The position numbers and the translations under genes are program-made. Below, in pieces: positions 48,301 to 55,173 of a DNA stretch of 60,261 bases. Source of the DNA: Slackia heliotrinireducens. GTDB lineage: Bacteria; Actinomycetota; Aquicultoria; DYIV01. The stretch covers positions 1 through 60,261 of the forward strand of contig DYIV01000001.1 of NCBI GenBank assembly GCA_020723435.1, written 5' to 3'. Numbering within the stretch: position 1 is the stretch's first letter; each line of letters opens with the position of its first letter. The notes under the pieces were generated by a model. The model saw only the letters and a list, made by a program, of their open reading frames with translations, made no database searches and was not told the DNA's origin.

Positions 48301-49353
48301 CGCGCCGCCGGAAGGCGCGGTCCAGGAGTACCAGATCGATCTTTCAGGTCCCCACGCGCCGAAGACGGGCTCTCCGGCCTCGCGGGTAGCGCCGAGGTTG
48401 GAGGTGGTCAGCGTGCCGTCGAGCGTGCCGAGCGCGATTCGATTGGCGAAGTTGTCGTTGGCCGGGGTGACGGCGAAGCGCCAGTGGAGGGCCACGTTGC
48501 CCATCTCGCCGTCCTTCCCGTCTACGGCAATCCTGTAGGTGGTTCCGGCGACGGCCGTGAAGGCCACCCGGCTCTGGTAGTTGCCGGCCTCCCAATCGTA
48601 GTCGCCGCTGGCCCCGTCCTGGACCGCCGAGAGGGCGGAGACGCTCGTCCCCGTGTACACCCCCAGCACGGTGTCGAAGTCGCTGCCGAACGTGTCGACG
48701 GCGATGCCGCCATTGCTGGGAGCGGTGAAGCGGTACCAGACCGAGGATCCTCCCGCATTCCAGCCGTGGTTGGGCTCCCCGGTCTCCTTGGTGGCTCCGA
48801 CATTGTGGCCGGTGATGGTCCCCTCGTTCGTGGCGAGCGCCGTGGCCGCGGAGAAGACGTCGTTGCCGGGCGCCACGGTCAGACTCCAATGGAGGAGCAC
48901 CTGGCCAACGTCGGCGTCGGATTGATCGGCGTAGCCGTCCACCGCCACCCGGTAGGTCTGGCCGGCGACGACCTTGACCCCGACGCGGCTCTGGCACGTC
49001 CCGTCTGCCTGATCGTTGGTGTCGAGGACGGTCAGAGCGCCCACGCTCGTGCCGGTGTAGACCCCAAGCACAGTGTCGAAGTTGCTGCCGAACGTGTCGA
49101 CGACCAGAAGCCCGCTCGCCGGTGCCGTCCAGCTGTACCACACCGAGGCGCCCCCTGAGTTGCCGTTGTGATCCGGCTCCCCCGCCTCCTCGGTGGCGAG
49201 CACGTTCGTGCCGGTCGCGAAGCCCGCGGCGCCGCTGATCACCTCGGCCGACGAGAAGTTGTCGTTTGCCGGAGCGGCCCAGGCTGAGGAGGCACCCACA
49301 GCCAAGCCGAAGAGACACAGAAAGATGACGATGGCGAAGGCCCGACGAAGCAT
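42382..49353 (-). CDS. giant secreted protein (2,323 aa from ATG 49353): 16 tandem PPC-like modules, an FN3-like domain and an Arg/Tyr-rich C-terminal domain
   Basis: Signal peptide MLRRAFAIVIFLCLFGLAVGASSAWA|AP. It has 16 modules with the consensus P.ND.F..A..L.G..G...G.N.GATKE.GEP.H.....G.SVWY.WTAP..G....DT.GS.FDT.LGVYTG..V..L......D.....QS.V.F....G.TY.IAVDG..G..G...LHW. Confidence 0.85.
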   Translation of the reverse strand: MLRRAFAIVIFLCLFGLAVGASSAWAAPANDNFSSAEVISGAAGFATGTNVLATEEAGEPDHNGNSGGASVWYSWTAPASGLLVVDTFGSNFDTVLGVYTGTSVGALTVLDTNDQADGTCQSRVGVKVVAGQTYRVAVDGYADQSDADVGQVLLHWSLTVAPGNDVFSAATALATNEGTITGHNVGATKETGEPNHGWNAGGSSVWYRFTAPSNGGIAVDTFGSDFDTVLGVYTGTSVSALSAVQDGASGDYDWEAGNYQSRVAFTAVAGTTYRIAVDGKDGEMGNVALHWRFAVTPANDNFANRIALGTLDGTLTTSNLGATREAGEPVFGAWGPERSIWYSWTAPSGGALVVDTFGSNYDTLIDLCTGSTVDTLDELDANDDAEGVRQSRIVSRVTSGTTYHIGVDGGSGDAGTALLHWHFFKPDNDNLADAQMLSGNEGTVTGTTLGGTREVNEPLHGEYWGYGSASVWYYWTAPADGAVMFDTFGSDFDTLMSAYTGSAYGELSTVAENSDAFEETTACRFAFHATSGTTYRVAVDGKYGEMGNVELHWRFSSAVPSNDNFDLAEVLSGDEGTVTSNNMGATKETGEPDHGWSSGGASVWYSWTATTDTVVAFDTDGSYFDTVLGVYTGDSVDALTLIGQANDNYSYDDYERVIVHATAGTTYRIAVDGYAGDMGSLLALHYRTYPCPDNDYFADARPLVGRYGSIEGSTMGAGKEPSEPEIVAWDPGNSSVWYSWTAPDTCNVSLGTWSDEFDCLVGVFVGSDVGSLTKIAGDSISAGFDATAGVTYYVAVDGYDGGCGAFGLEWKSSPANDDMANAEALPGDSGSWTGSNEGATRENGEPYHAGYHGDTSLWFTFTSDATKVVTIDTIGSNFDTMLGVYTGTAVDSLTEVASDDEGGGDSTSLVRFRASPGVVYKVAVDGYDESVGDIFLHWNTGPAALNDDFGAAEVLGGAEGTTGASSVGATKEAGEPDHAANTGGSSLWYRFTAPSNGLLVIDTYDSDFDTLLGVYTGSTVGGLTEVGANDDFEGDQSLVAVEVTSGVTYRVAIDGRDGQAGQVGLHWSLLPRITNDNFSVATAIAGSEGTETGSNFTATKEAGEPNHAGNAGGASIWYNWTAPANGTVTFDTVGSDFDTLLGAYAGTAVNSLATLAGDDDAAGSGWSRVSFRVTSGQAYRIAVDGWNGRRGRSTLRWRLTAGGPPANDDLSARTELTGNDGTVTGSNVGGSKESGEPNHAGNTGGASIWYKWTALSSGYLVIDTFGSDFDTQIGVYTGSAVNALTQVANNQDALGTLQSRAVMQVTLGQTYQIAVDGRGGLVGNVALHWHARTPPPNDNFASAQLVSGDEGTVTGSNLGATVETSEPAHSGYGPATSSVWYSWTAPSSGVVELDTAGTDFAAALCIYKGTSLSGLTLVGRALGTGLASPARIRLPAQAGQTYMIAVDKRWGYWSAESGSVVLGWHLASPVANDMFADAEGLDGATGVSTGSNTEMTKEESEPAHAGNAGGGSMWYVWTTPADGSLLIDTLESGLDTVLGVYRGLSVEALVRVASNDDANDSGQSRVTLRTTAGSTYRIAVDGKNGARGDATIRWAFHADPGGPGNDDFANAQAMPGAAGTVTASNVGASREASEPEHAGERGRSSLWYSWTPASDCQVIIDTYGSDFDTLLGVYTGTSFGSLEYVTDDNDSGGRLQSKAVFSAQAGTAYKIAIDGNRGQTGDVALHWRVPDRPANDDFVDAQLLAEGGGTVTGSTIGATKEPLEPYHNQQDGQASVWYVWTPTTSRDVTFDTQGSDFDTVLGVYTGSSVGALAEVTSDDDSGAGVSSQVTFSATAGTTYHIAVDGYWVDDFGDVVLHWSSGGAAPPNDDFSSARVLTETAGSVSGSSVGATKEEDEPDHAEQSGGASVWYAWTAPADGTLSIDTFGSEFNTLLGVYTGTEVDDLTRRTSNDNAGTSLQSAAVCRVAAGQTYVIAVDGVGGAAGGLVLNWDWSELGADNDGFSDARSLLGAEGTVTGTNADATKEPGEPNHAGNAGGRSLWYRFTPSGDGTLTVDTMGSDFNTLLGVYTGSAVGSLSEVASNDDTQSVAQSAIEITVSPTQTYRVAVDGSDGATGTVALHWKASYVPPPPCSPVTNFRATRGNARAWLTWTNPTGDFATTRILRSMAGYATSPSDGTQVYEGVGGSLLATSLPNNVVQYFSAFARNSHGTWSTVATTAAYPRLISATVGRPSTPSIVRRNRHFTVRGSVVPAHWGASTVRVYFYRKVRRRWVRYGYRNVVLAAGVTSYKLSYRVRYAGYYYARAYHYCYDHSAKYSSIRYFRAR
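42985..49275 (-). repeat. 16 diverged tandem coding repeats of about 393 nt (about 131 aa) inside the giant gene
   Basis: Counted from the 16 N-D-x-F/L/M module starts in the translation. 6,291 nt divided by 16 gives about 393 nt. The repeats are diverged at the protein level, so they are not recent duplications. Confidence 0.85.
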
Positions 49354-49465
49354 CTCTACCACTCCCCTGCTCGCTCTCGCGGAGACCCCTCGAGTTCCCA
49401 TGCCCCCCTCCGCGGACACCCCCGGGTACCAGTGCTCGCTTCTACGGACACCCACGCATTCTGTG

Positions 49466-49510
49466 GGCAACAAAGAGACAAAGCCGACCGCACCTGGTGC
49501 GAATCGGCTT
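49466..49510 (-). terminator. intrinsic terminator downstream of rho
   Basis: The minus sense reads AAGCCGA-TTC-GCACC-A-GGTGC-GG-TCGGCTT followed by TGTCTCTTTGTT. Confidence 0.5.
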
Positions 49511-49639
49511 CAACACTTGCAGTTTATCACAGAGCGGGCGGGGATTCAGGCGTGCTTGATGTGCTTGTGTGGCCCATTCCTAGCGAAGCCGCAGTGAGAG
49601 GACGCGGCGGGACCGGATGGGGATGAAGCGACCGGCTAT

Positions 49640-50899
49640 CTAGTAGCTGGCCATGTTCGTCTTGGAGATCTGCGAGAGGAACTCGCGATTCGACTTGGTC
49701 TTCTTCATCTTGTCGATGAGAAGCTCGATCGCGGCGCTCGGATCGAGCGCGTGGAGCACCCGGCGCAGCTTCCAGATCTGCTCCGCCTCGTCACGTTCGT
49801 AGAGCAGCTCTTCCTTCCTCGTGCCGGAGAGTTCGATCTCAATCGCTGGAAAGACACGCTTGTCGGCGAGCTTGCGGTCGAGGCGAAGCTCCATGTTGCC
49901 GGTGCCTTTGAACTCCTCGAAGATGACGTCGTCCATGCGGCTGCCGGTATCCACAAGCGCCGTGGCAAGAATCGTCAGGCTACCGCCATGCTCGATGTTG
50001 CGCGCCGCGCCGAAGAACCGCTTCGGCGGGAATAGCGCTGTCGAGTCGACTCCACCCGAGAGGATTCTTCCGCTGGTCGGTGCGTTGAGGTTATACGCGC
50101 GAGCCAGGCGTGTGACGGAGTCGAGCAGCACGACGACGTCCTTGCCGTGTTCCACGAGCCGCTTCGCGCGCTCGAGCACGAGCTCGGCGACCTGCACGTG
50201 ATTCTCGCTCGGCTGGTCGAACGTCGAAGAGACGACGACACCTTCGACCGAACGCTCCATGTCGGTGACTTCCTCGGGACGCTCGTCGACGAGGAGCACG
50301 AGCAGTAGAGCCTCAGGATTGTTGGCGGTGATCGAATTGGCGATTTCCTTGAGGATGGTCGTCTTGCCCGCCTTCGGCGGAGAGACGATGAGTCCGCGCT
50401 GACCCTTGCCGATCGGGGCGATCAGGTCGATGATGCGCGGTGTCGCGGTCCCGCCGGCATGCTCCAAGCGGAAGCGGTCCTGAGGATAGATCGGCGTGAG
50501 CTGCTCGAAGGTCGAGCGCTTCCTCGCCACTTCGGGATTCTCCGTGTTGACCGCTTCGATTCTCAGAAGCGCGTTGTACTTCTCGTTGTCCTTGGGCGGC
50601 CGGACCTGTCCCGCCACCTCATCGCCGCGACGCAGGTCGAAACGGCGGATTTGTGACATGGAGACGTAGATGTCGTTGTCTCCGGGCAGGAAGCCCTTCG
50701 TCCGCAGGAAGCCATAGCCTTCGCCCAGGATATCCAGGACGCCCTTTCGGAAGAGGAGACCCTCTTCCTTGGTCCGGCCCTCGACGATGGCCATCACGAG
50801 TTCCTGCTTCTTCATCTTGTTGGCGTTCGGGATGCCCAGCTCCGCGGCGATCGGCTGAAGCTCACTCAGTTTCTTCTCTTCAAGCTCGGCTCTGTCCAA
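49640..50899 (-). CDS. rho: transcription termination factor Rho
   Basis: Rho N-terminal domain ([13 protein letters not shown].....MKKQELV.AI), RNA-binding OB ([14 protein letters not shown]), Walker A (PPKAGKTT) and the R-loop/Q-loop regions. The start is at TTG 50897-50899 behind AAGGAAGGAG. Confidence 0.95.
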   Translation of the reverse strand: MDRAELEEKKLSELQPIAAELGIPNANKMKKQELVMAIVEGRTKEEGLLFRKGVLDILGEGYGFLRTKGFLPGDNDIYVSMSQIRRFDLRRGDEVAGQVRPPKDNEKYNALLRIEAVNTENPEVARKRSTFEQLTPIYPQDRFRLEHAGGTATPRIIDLIAPIGKGQRGLIVSPPKAGKTTILKEIANSITANNPEALLLVLLVDERPEEVTDMERSVEGVVVSSTFDQPSENHVQVAELVLERAKRLVEHGKDVVVLLDSVTRLARAYNLNAPTSGRILSGGVDSTALFPPKRFFGAARNIEHGGSLTILATALVDTGSRMDDVIFEEFKGTGNMELRLDRKLADKRVFPAIEIELSGTRKEELLYERDEAEQIWKLRRVLHALDPSAAIELLIDKMKKTKSNREFLSQISKTNMASY

Positions 50900-51096
50900 C
50901 GACTGCTCCTTCCTTGACAGTGAGTATGCCTCACGACCGCGTCGCCTCGGCCGACACGTTCGGCCGACCTGCGAGCCAAGTAGCAATAATGGGGTTCGAA
51001 AAGACTAAGCTTGGACTTCTACGCGCGTGGGCTGCGAGCTGCTTGGGGCTCATTATGCCCCAACGTGGGGGCAAAGTAAACGCCCAGTGCCGCTCG

Positions 51097-51744
51097 CTAC
51101 TTCGATACCTTCTCCCAGTCGGCCAGAAAGGTCTCGATGCCCCTCTCCGTCAGCGGATGCTTCACCATCATCTTGAAGACCTTGAACGGTATCGTCGCGA
51201 TGTCGGCGCCGGCCAGCGCCGACTGCGTAACGTGCAGTGGATGTCTGATGCTTGCCGCTACGACCTTAGTGGCGACGTCGAAGCGCTCGTAGATCTCGCA
51301 GATGTCGGAGAGCGCGGCGATTCCGTCCTCGCCGATATCGTCGAGTCTTCCGAGGAAGGGACTGACGAAGCTGGCGCCCGCGGCCGCGGCGAGGAGCGCC
51401 TGGTTCGGCGTGAAGGCGAGCGTCATGTTGACCCTGATGCCTTCAGCGGCCAGCTCCTTGGTGGCCGCCAGGCCCTCGGGCATGCAGGGGATCTTCACCA
51501 CGACGTTAGGAGCGATCTTGGCCAGCCGGCGCGCCTCCGCAACGATCTCGTCACGTTTCATGCTAATGGCCTCGGCGCTGACGGGACTGGGATCGACGAT
51601 CGCGCAGACCGTCTTGACCATCTCCAAGAAGGAGAGATTCTGCTTGGCGCACAAGGATGGATTGGTTGTGACGCCGCTGATGACTCCCCAGGCGTAGCCT
51701 TCCCGAATCTCGTCACAGTCCGCCGTATCAAGCCACAGTTCCAT
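51097..51744 (-). CDS. fructose-6-phosphate aldolase / short-type transaldolase
   Basis: 215 aa with MELWLDTAD..EI......G.ISGVTTNPSL and the Schiff-base lysine context VVVKIP. Confidence 0.9.
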   Translation of the reverse strand: MELWLDTADCDEIREGYAWGVISGVTTNPSLCAKQNLSFLEMVKTVCAIVDPSPVSAEAISMKRDEIVAEARRLAKIAPNVVVKIPCMPEGLAATKELAAEGIRVNMTLAFTPNQALLAAAAGASFVSPFLGRLDDIGEDGIAALSDICEIYERFDVATKVVAASIRHPLHVTQSALAGADIATIPFKVFKMMVKHPLTERGIETFLADWEKVSK

Positions 51745-51749
51745 GCCCC

Positions 51750-52790
51750 CTACTTCCCCTTTCGTCTGCCCTTGGATGACTTGTCCGTCTCCGCCTGCAC
51801 TTCGGCGATAACCTTGTTGATGATCGACTCGAGCACCGTCGTGATAGTCGCGTCAAGCTCGTGGCTCTCAAGCAGCGGAATGTGGTGCTCCCGCGCCAGC
51901 CACTCGATATAGTCGCCGATGAGGCGGATGTTGTCGAAATTGGCCCGGTAGCGCTCGAAGGGCCGCTTGCCGTCGGTCTGCAGCTCGCGAATGTAGAAGT
52001 GGCTGCGGTGTAGGTCTTCGTCTTCGACGTGGATGATCAACGGCGCTATGAATACGCGCTCCCTGAAGCGATCGAAATCGAGGAAGCCCGGAACGATGTG
52101 GATTCCCTCGACCACGAGATTGACTCCCTCGGTGATGGCGCGGTCGATGATCGCCTTGACGCCGACGGCCACCGCCGCGGTCTGCTCGCGGAAGCCGATG
52201 GCCACCGGATCGGCGGGCGGGGGTACGGGCACGCGCAGCGCCTTCCAGGCGTCGAAGGACGAGTCGTAGAGCGCGGGCATCAGATCCTCAGAGAAGACCG
52301 CGCGCATCACCTCGCGGATTGAGTCGGTCGAGACGATGCGCGTGATGCCGAGCCGGTGCGCCACTTCAGTGGCGATCGTCGACTTGCCGACACCGGTCGT
52401 CCCACCGATGAGGACGACCAGCGGCTTGTCCAACTTGGCCAGCGACTGCCACTTCAGATAGCGGGCGGCAAACTCCTCCCCGACCGTGGTGAGCAGCGTG
52501 TGCGACGTCAGCTGGCGCAGCTCCTGGATCGTGACAGAGAGCTTGCCCTCCTCGACCAGGGTGTCCTGCACGAGCTGCGCCGTCTCGTAGGAGCTCATCG
52601 GCGAGAGGCCGGTCGTCATGATCGAGCGCGCGAGCAGGCCCTTCGAGAAGGGCAGCCCGTGCTTCTCGTCGCGGATCGTGATTCGCGGAGCGTGGCGCCG
52701 ATCGAGAGGCGTGCCCAGTTTGCCGCCGGCGCCGGCGGTCGGCCGCTTCTTCGACGCCTTGGTCTTCGGTGCTTTTCCAGTCGGGCTCAC
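51750..52790 (-). CDS. 2-phosphoglycerate kinase (ATP-cone + P-loop; COG2074-type)
   Basis: LPFSKGLLARS......Y..A..V...L, then P-loop LIGGTTGVGKSTIATEVAHRLGI..IVSTDSIREVMR and ...SSFDAW. These blocks match the methanogen 2PGK I recall. It is adjacent to cpgS. Confidence 0.8.
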   Translation of the reverse strand: MSPTGKAPKTKASKKRPTAGAGGKLGTPLDRRHAPRITIRDEKHGLPFSKGLLARSIMTTGLSPMSSYETAQLVQDTLVEEGKLSVTIQELRQLTSHTLLTTVGEEFAARYLKWQSLAKLDKPLVVLIGGTTGVGKSTIATEVAHRLGITRIVSTDSIREVMRAVFSEDLMPALYDSSFDAWKALRVPVPPPADPVAIGFREQTAAVAVGVKAIIDRAITEGVNLVVEGIHIVPGFLDFDRFRERVFIAPLIIHVEDEDLHRSHFYIRELQTDGKRPFERYRANFDNIRLIGDYIEWLAREHHIPLLESHELDATITTVLESIINKVIAEVQAETDKSSKGRRKGK

Positions 52791-52831
52791 GAGGCGTGCC
52801 TGCCTTTGCGTCTCGCTGTCTCTCCTACGGC

Positions 52832-54169
52832 CTATTCCTTGCCCGCCGTGACGGCGTTCGCCAGAGCGAGCGCCGCCTCACGCAGCGCCTCCGGCTTCTC
52901 GCCGATTACGACCGGCTCATTATCGCAGTAGACGACGCGCTTGCCCATCTGTCGCGCGACATCGGTGGCGACATCGACCGAAGCCGCTTTGAGCTCGGTG
53001 AGCATGCAGTCAAAGTCCGGGGCGCCGTCGATGTCGGCTCGCAGCAGCCGCCTATTCGAAAGGTGCGGTGACGCGCCGACAACGGCGCACCCCGTCTCCT
53101 CTTCCAGAAATCGCGACAGCCTCTCCATCATCTCGGAAGGGGCCGTGGAGGCGAAGAAGACTCTCTGCGACGCTATCGGCTCCAGCGGCCTCGGTCTGAA
53201 GACGGCCCGCACGAGCCTGACCTCAGGCCGGATTCGGGCAATGCCGTCGGCCATCGCGGCCACGGCGTCCGCACCGGCCATGGGCTCTTCACACATCGTC
53301 AAGACGATGAGGTCCGCCAGGAGGAGGCGATAGGTGCCGAAGTAGCCGCAGACATGTTCGAGAGGCTGATGCGCTCCGGCGACCAGAATCGACGCGTCGA
53401 CTTTGACCGGCGGCAATGCCGCTCCGCTTCCTTCGAAGATGAGAATGCGAGCGTCGAGCTTCTCGGCGAGCCCGGCGCCCTCTACAACGTTGGAGTAGAA
53501 CGGCTCCCCGGCCATGCCTCCGCCACAGCGCCGGCACCCGACCGTCATCACGCGGCTCATCACCGCGTCCTCGTAGTTGTCGCTGGCTGCGTGGCGGCCC
53601 TGGCGCATGAATCCCAGGAGATCGTCCGCGCTCAAGCGCACCTCGTCGCCGCGCAAGAGCTCGGGTTCGGGCGGTCCGCCACGGCCCATCGCGACAACGC
53701 ACGGGTTGAGGCCGGAGGACTTCAGCTCCCGCGCGAGGTAGGCGGAGACCGCCGTCTTGCCGACGCGCTTGCCGGTTCCGATGATCGACAGCGACGGCTT
53801 CGTCACGACGTCGGCGAAGTCGGGCGGGCGGAAATCGAAATCGGCGCCGCTGTAGGCCACGCCGGCCGCAAGAGCGTATGACGCCAGGCGCATGCGGTCG
53901 GCGTATGACACGACAGGTTCGTCGCTCAGATCGACCACGCGATCCGGCCGGTACTTGTGAATCGCCTCGAGCATGGTCTTCACGGGATCGTCGCCGAAGA
54001 TGACGGGGACGCCCAGCGGCGAGTAGTCGGCGTCGTCGGTTACCTTCTCGGTTCCGCCGAGAAAGACAGCGGCGGTGATGCTGCTCGACTTTGACAGCTC
54101 GGCCATGCCGGCGGCGACGACCGGCAGGTAGTGTTCACCGTCGATGAGAACGATGGCTTTCTCAGGCAC
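52832..54169 (-). CDS. cpgS: cyclic 2,3-diphosphoglycerate synthetase
   Basis: LIDGEHYLPV, FLGGTEK, DLSDEPV, GTGKRVGKTAVSAY, CVVAMGRGGPPEPE, HAASDNYEDA, TVGCRRCGGGM, EGSGAALPPVK, MCEEPMA, HLSNRRLL, LTELKAASVDVAT and VVYCDNEPVVI match the Methanothermus/Methanopyrus CpgS sequence as I recall it, at the same length of about 450 aa. The start is taken at GTG 54167-54169. Confidence 0.85.
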   Translation of the reverse strand: MPEKAIVLIDGEHYLPVVAAGMAELSKSSSITAAVFLGGTEKVTDDADYSPLGVPVIFGDDPVKTMLEAIHKYRPDRVVDLSDEPVVSYADRMRLASYALAAGVAYSGADFDFRPPDFADVVTKPSLSIIGTGKRVGKTAVSAYLARELKSSGLNPCVVAMGRGGPPEPELLRGDEVRLSADDLLGFMRQGRHAASDNYEDAVMSRVMTVGCRRCGGGMAGEPFYSNVVEGAGLAEKLDARILIFEGSGAALPPVKVDASILVAGAHQPLEHVCGYFGTYRLLLADLIVLTMCEEPMAGADAVAAMADGIARIRPEVRLVRAVFRPRPLEPIASQRVFFASTAPSEMMERLSRFLEEETGCAVVGASPHLSNRRLLRADIDGAPDFDCMLTELKAASVDVATDVARQMGKRVVYCDNEPVVIGEKPEALREAALALANAVTAGKE

Positions 54170-54186
54170 GCGGTTGCTCCTATTGC

Positions 54187-54204
54187 GGGGACACCACACC
54201 TATT
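54187..54204 (-). repeat. copy of the dispersed motif GGGGACACCACACCTATT
   Basis: Exact 18-nt match. It spans the TAG stop of the metallophosphoesterase gene (54200-54202) and the short spacer before cpgS. Confidence 0.8.
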
Positions 54205-55015
54205 TCTCGAGTTCGCAGAAGCGCTTGCCCGCCAGCTCGAAATCGGCGATCAGCTCCTGGGCCCCGAACGGATACTTGCGGTAGATCCGCGCGCGGCTCC
54301 TGTCCAAGACGATCAGGTTGTAGCACGGCTTGCTCCGGCCGCGCAGCCGCATGCAGCTGACCGTGCCGCCGGTAATGAGCATGAGGCTCTCGAGGCGCCA
54401 CACGTGCGGGACGTGCTTGTGCCCGCACAAGACCATGTCGACGCCACTTCGCAGCAGAACCTCGAGGAAGTCGCCGGCATCGTAGCAGACGTTTCGCTCC
54501 CGGCCGGTTCCCGGCACCGGAATGAGGTGGTGGTGGAGCACGACGATGTTGACGTCGCTCGGCTCAACGAAGCGCGTTTCGATCGTCTTGTAGCGCTCGC
54601 GACCGATTCGCCCGCTGTCCAGATCGGGCTCGCTCGAGTCGATCCCGATGATGTTGAGCCCAGGCAGCGCCAGGTCGCTGTTGCGCGCACCGATCAGTTC
54701 CTCGAAGTGAATGTGGCCCACGTTCTTGGAGTCGTGGTTGCCCGGAACTATCACACGCTGCCGGCAGGCGAGCCGGTCAAGGAAGATCCGCACCGTCTTG
54801 AACTCTTGCCTGAACCCCATGTCCGTGAGATCGCCGGTCACGACGACCGCGTCGGGCTGGAGCTCGTTGAGCTCATCGATGGTGCGCCCGATGAGATTGG
54901 GGATGAAGTAGCTCGACCCGGCATGAAGGTCGGAGATATGGGCGATCGTGATCGAGCGATCCGCCGCCGGGCCGGCCTGCGCCGCCTGGTTGTCCCGCGC
55001 CGACTCGGCCGTCAC
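54200..55015 (-). CDS. metallophosphoesterase (calcineurin-like superfamily), substrate unknown
   Basis: ISDLHAG, VTGDLTD, GNHD, HHH..P and GHKH motifs are present in the canonical order. The GTG start overlaps the upstream small-ORF stop (GTGA). Confidence 0.8.
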   Translation of the reverse strand: MTAESARDNQAAQAGPAADRSITIAHISDLHAGSSYFIPNLIGRTIDELNELQPDAVVVTGDLTDMGFRQEFKTVRIFLDRLACRQRVIVPGNHDSKNVGHIHFEELIGARNSDLALPGLNIIGIDSSEPDLDSGRIGRERYKTIETRFVEPSDVNIVVLHHHLIPVPGTGRERNVCYDAGDFLEVLLRSGVDMVLCGHKHVPHVWRLESLMLITGGTVSCMRLRGRSKPCYNLIVLDRSRARIYRKYPFGAQELIADFELAGKRFCELEK

Positions 55016-55173
55016 CCGCGCTCCTCCTCGTCATCGGCCGGCTGCGGAAAGAGCACCATGTCGACAACGGCCACTACGAGCGCCGTGCCCGCCGAAATCA
55101 GCACCGTCCGCAGCAGCCGCTTCCACAAGGGTCCGTGCGGCGCGTGCTTTGCCTTCTTGCCTCCGAGTCTCAC
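55012..55173 (-). CDS. unannotated 53-aa single-pass membrane ORF (below the ORF-track length cutoff)
   Basis: (V)RLGGKKAKHAPHGPLWKRLLRTVLISAGTALVVAVVDMVLFPQPADDEEERG*. Its GTG overlaps the sppA stop as GTGA, and its TGA overlaps the next gene's GTG as GTGA, so it exactly fills a gap that is otherwise 154 nt. Confidence 0.5.
   Translation of the reverse strand: MRLGGKKAKHAPHGPLWKRLLRTVLISAGTALVVAVVDMVLFPQPADDEEERG

Noticed and set aside
42598-49158. Very long plus-strand ORFs (445, 609 and 394 aa, among others) opposite the giant repeat-protein gene.
   Set aside because: They lie antisense to a gene with clear domain structure. Their products are Arg/Gly/Ala/Asp-rich low-complexity strings with no motifs. 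Long antisense ORFs are expected in high-GC DNA because stop codons are rare.
42985-49275. A regular periodicity of about 393 nt that could be mistaken for a CRISPR-like or satellite array.
   Set aside because: The periodicity is entirely inside one open reading frame and corresponds to protein-domain repeats. There are no short identical direct repeats separated by unique spacers.
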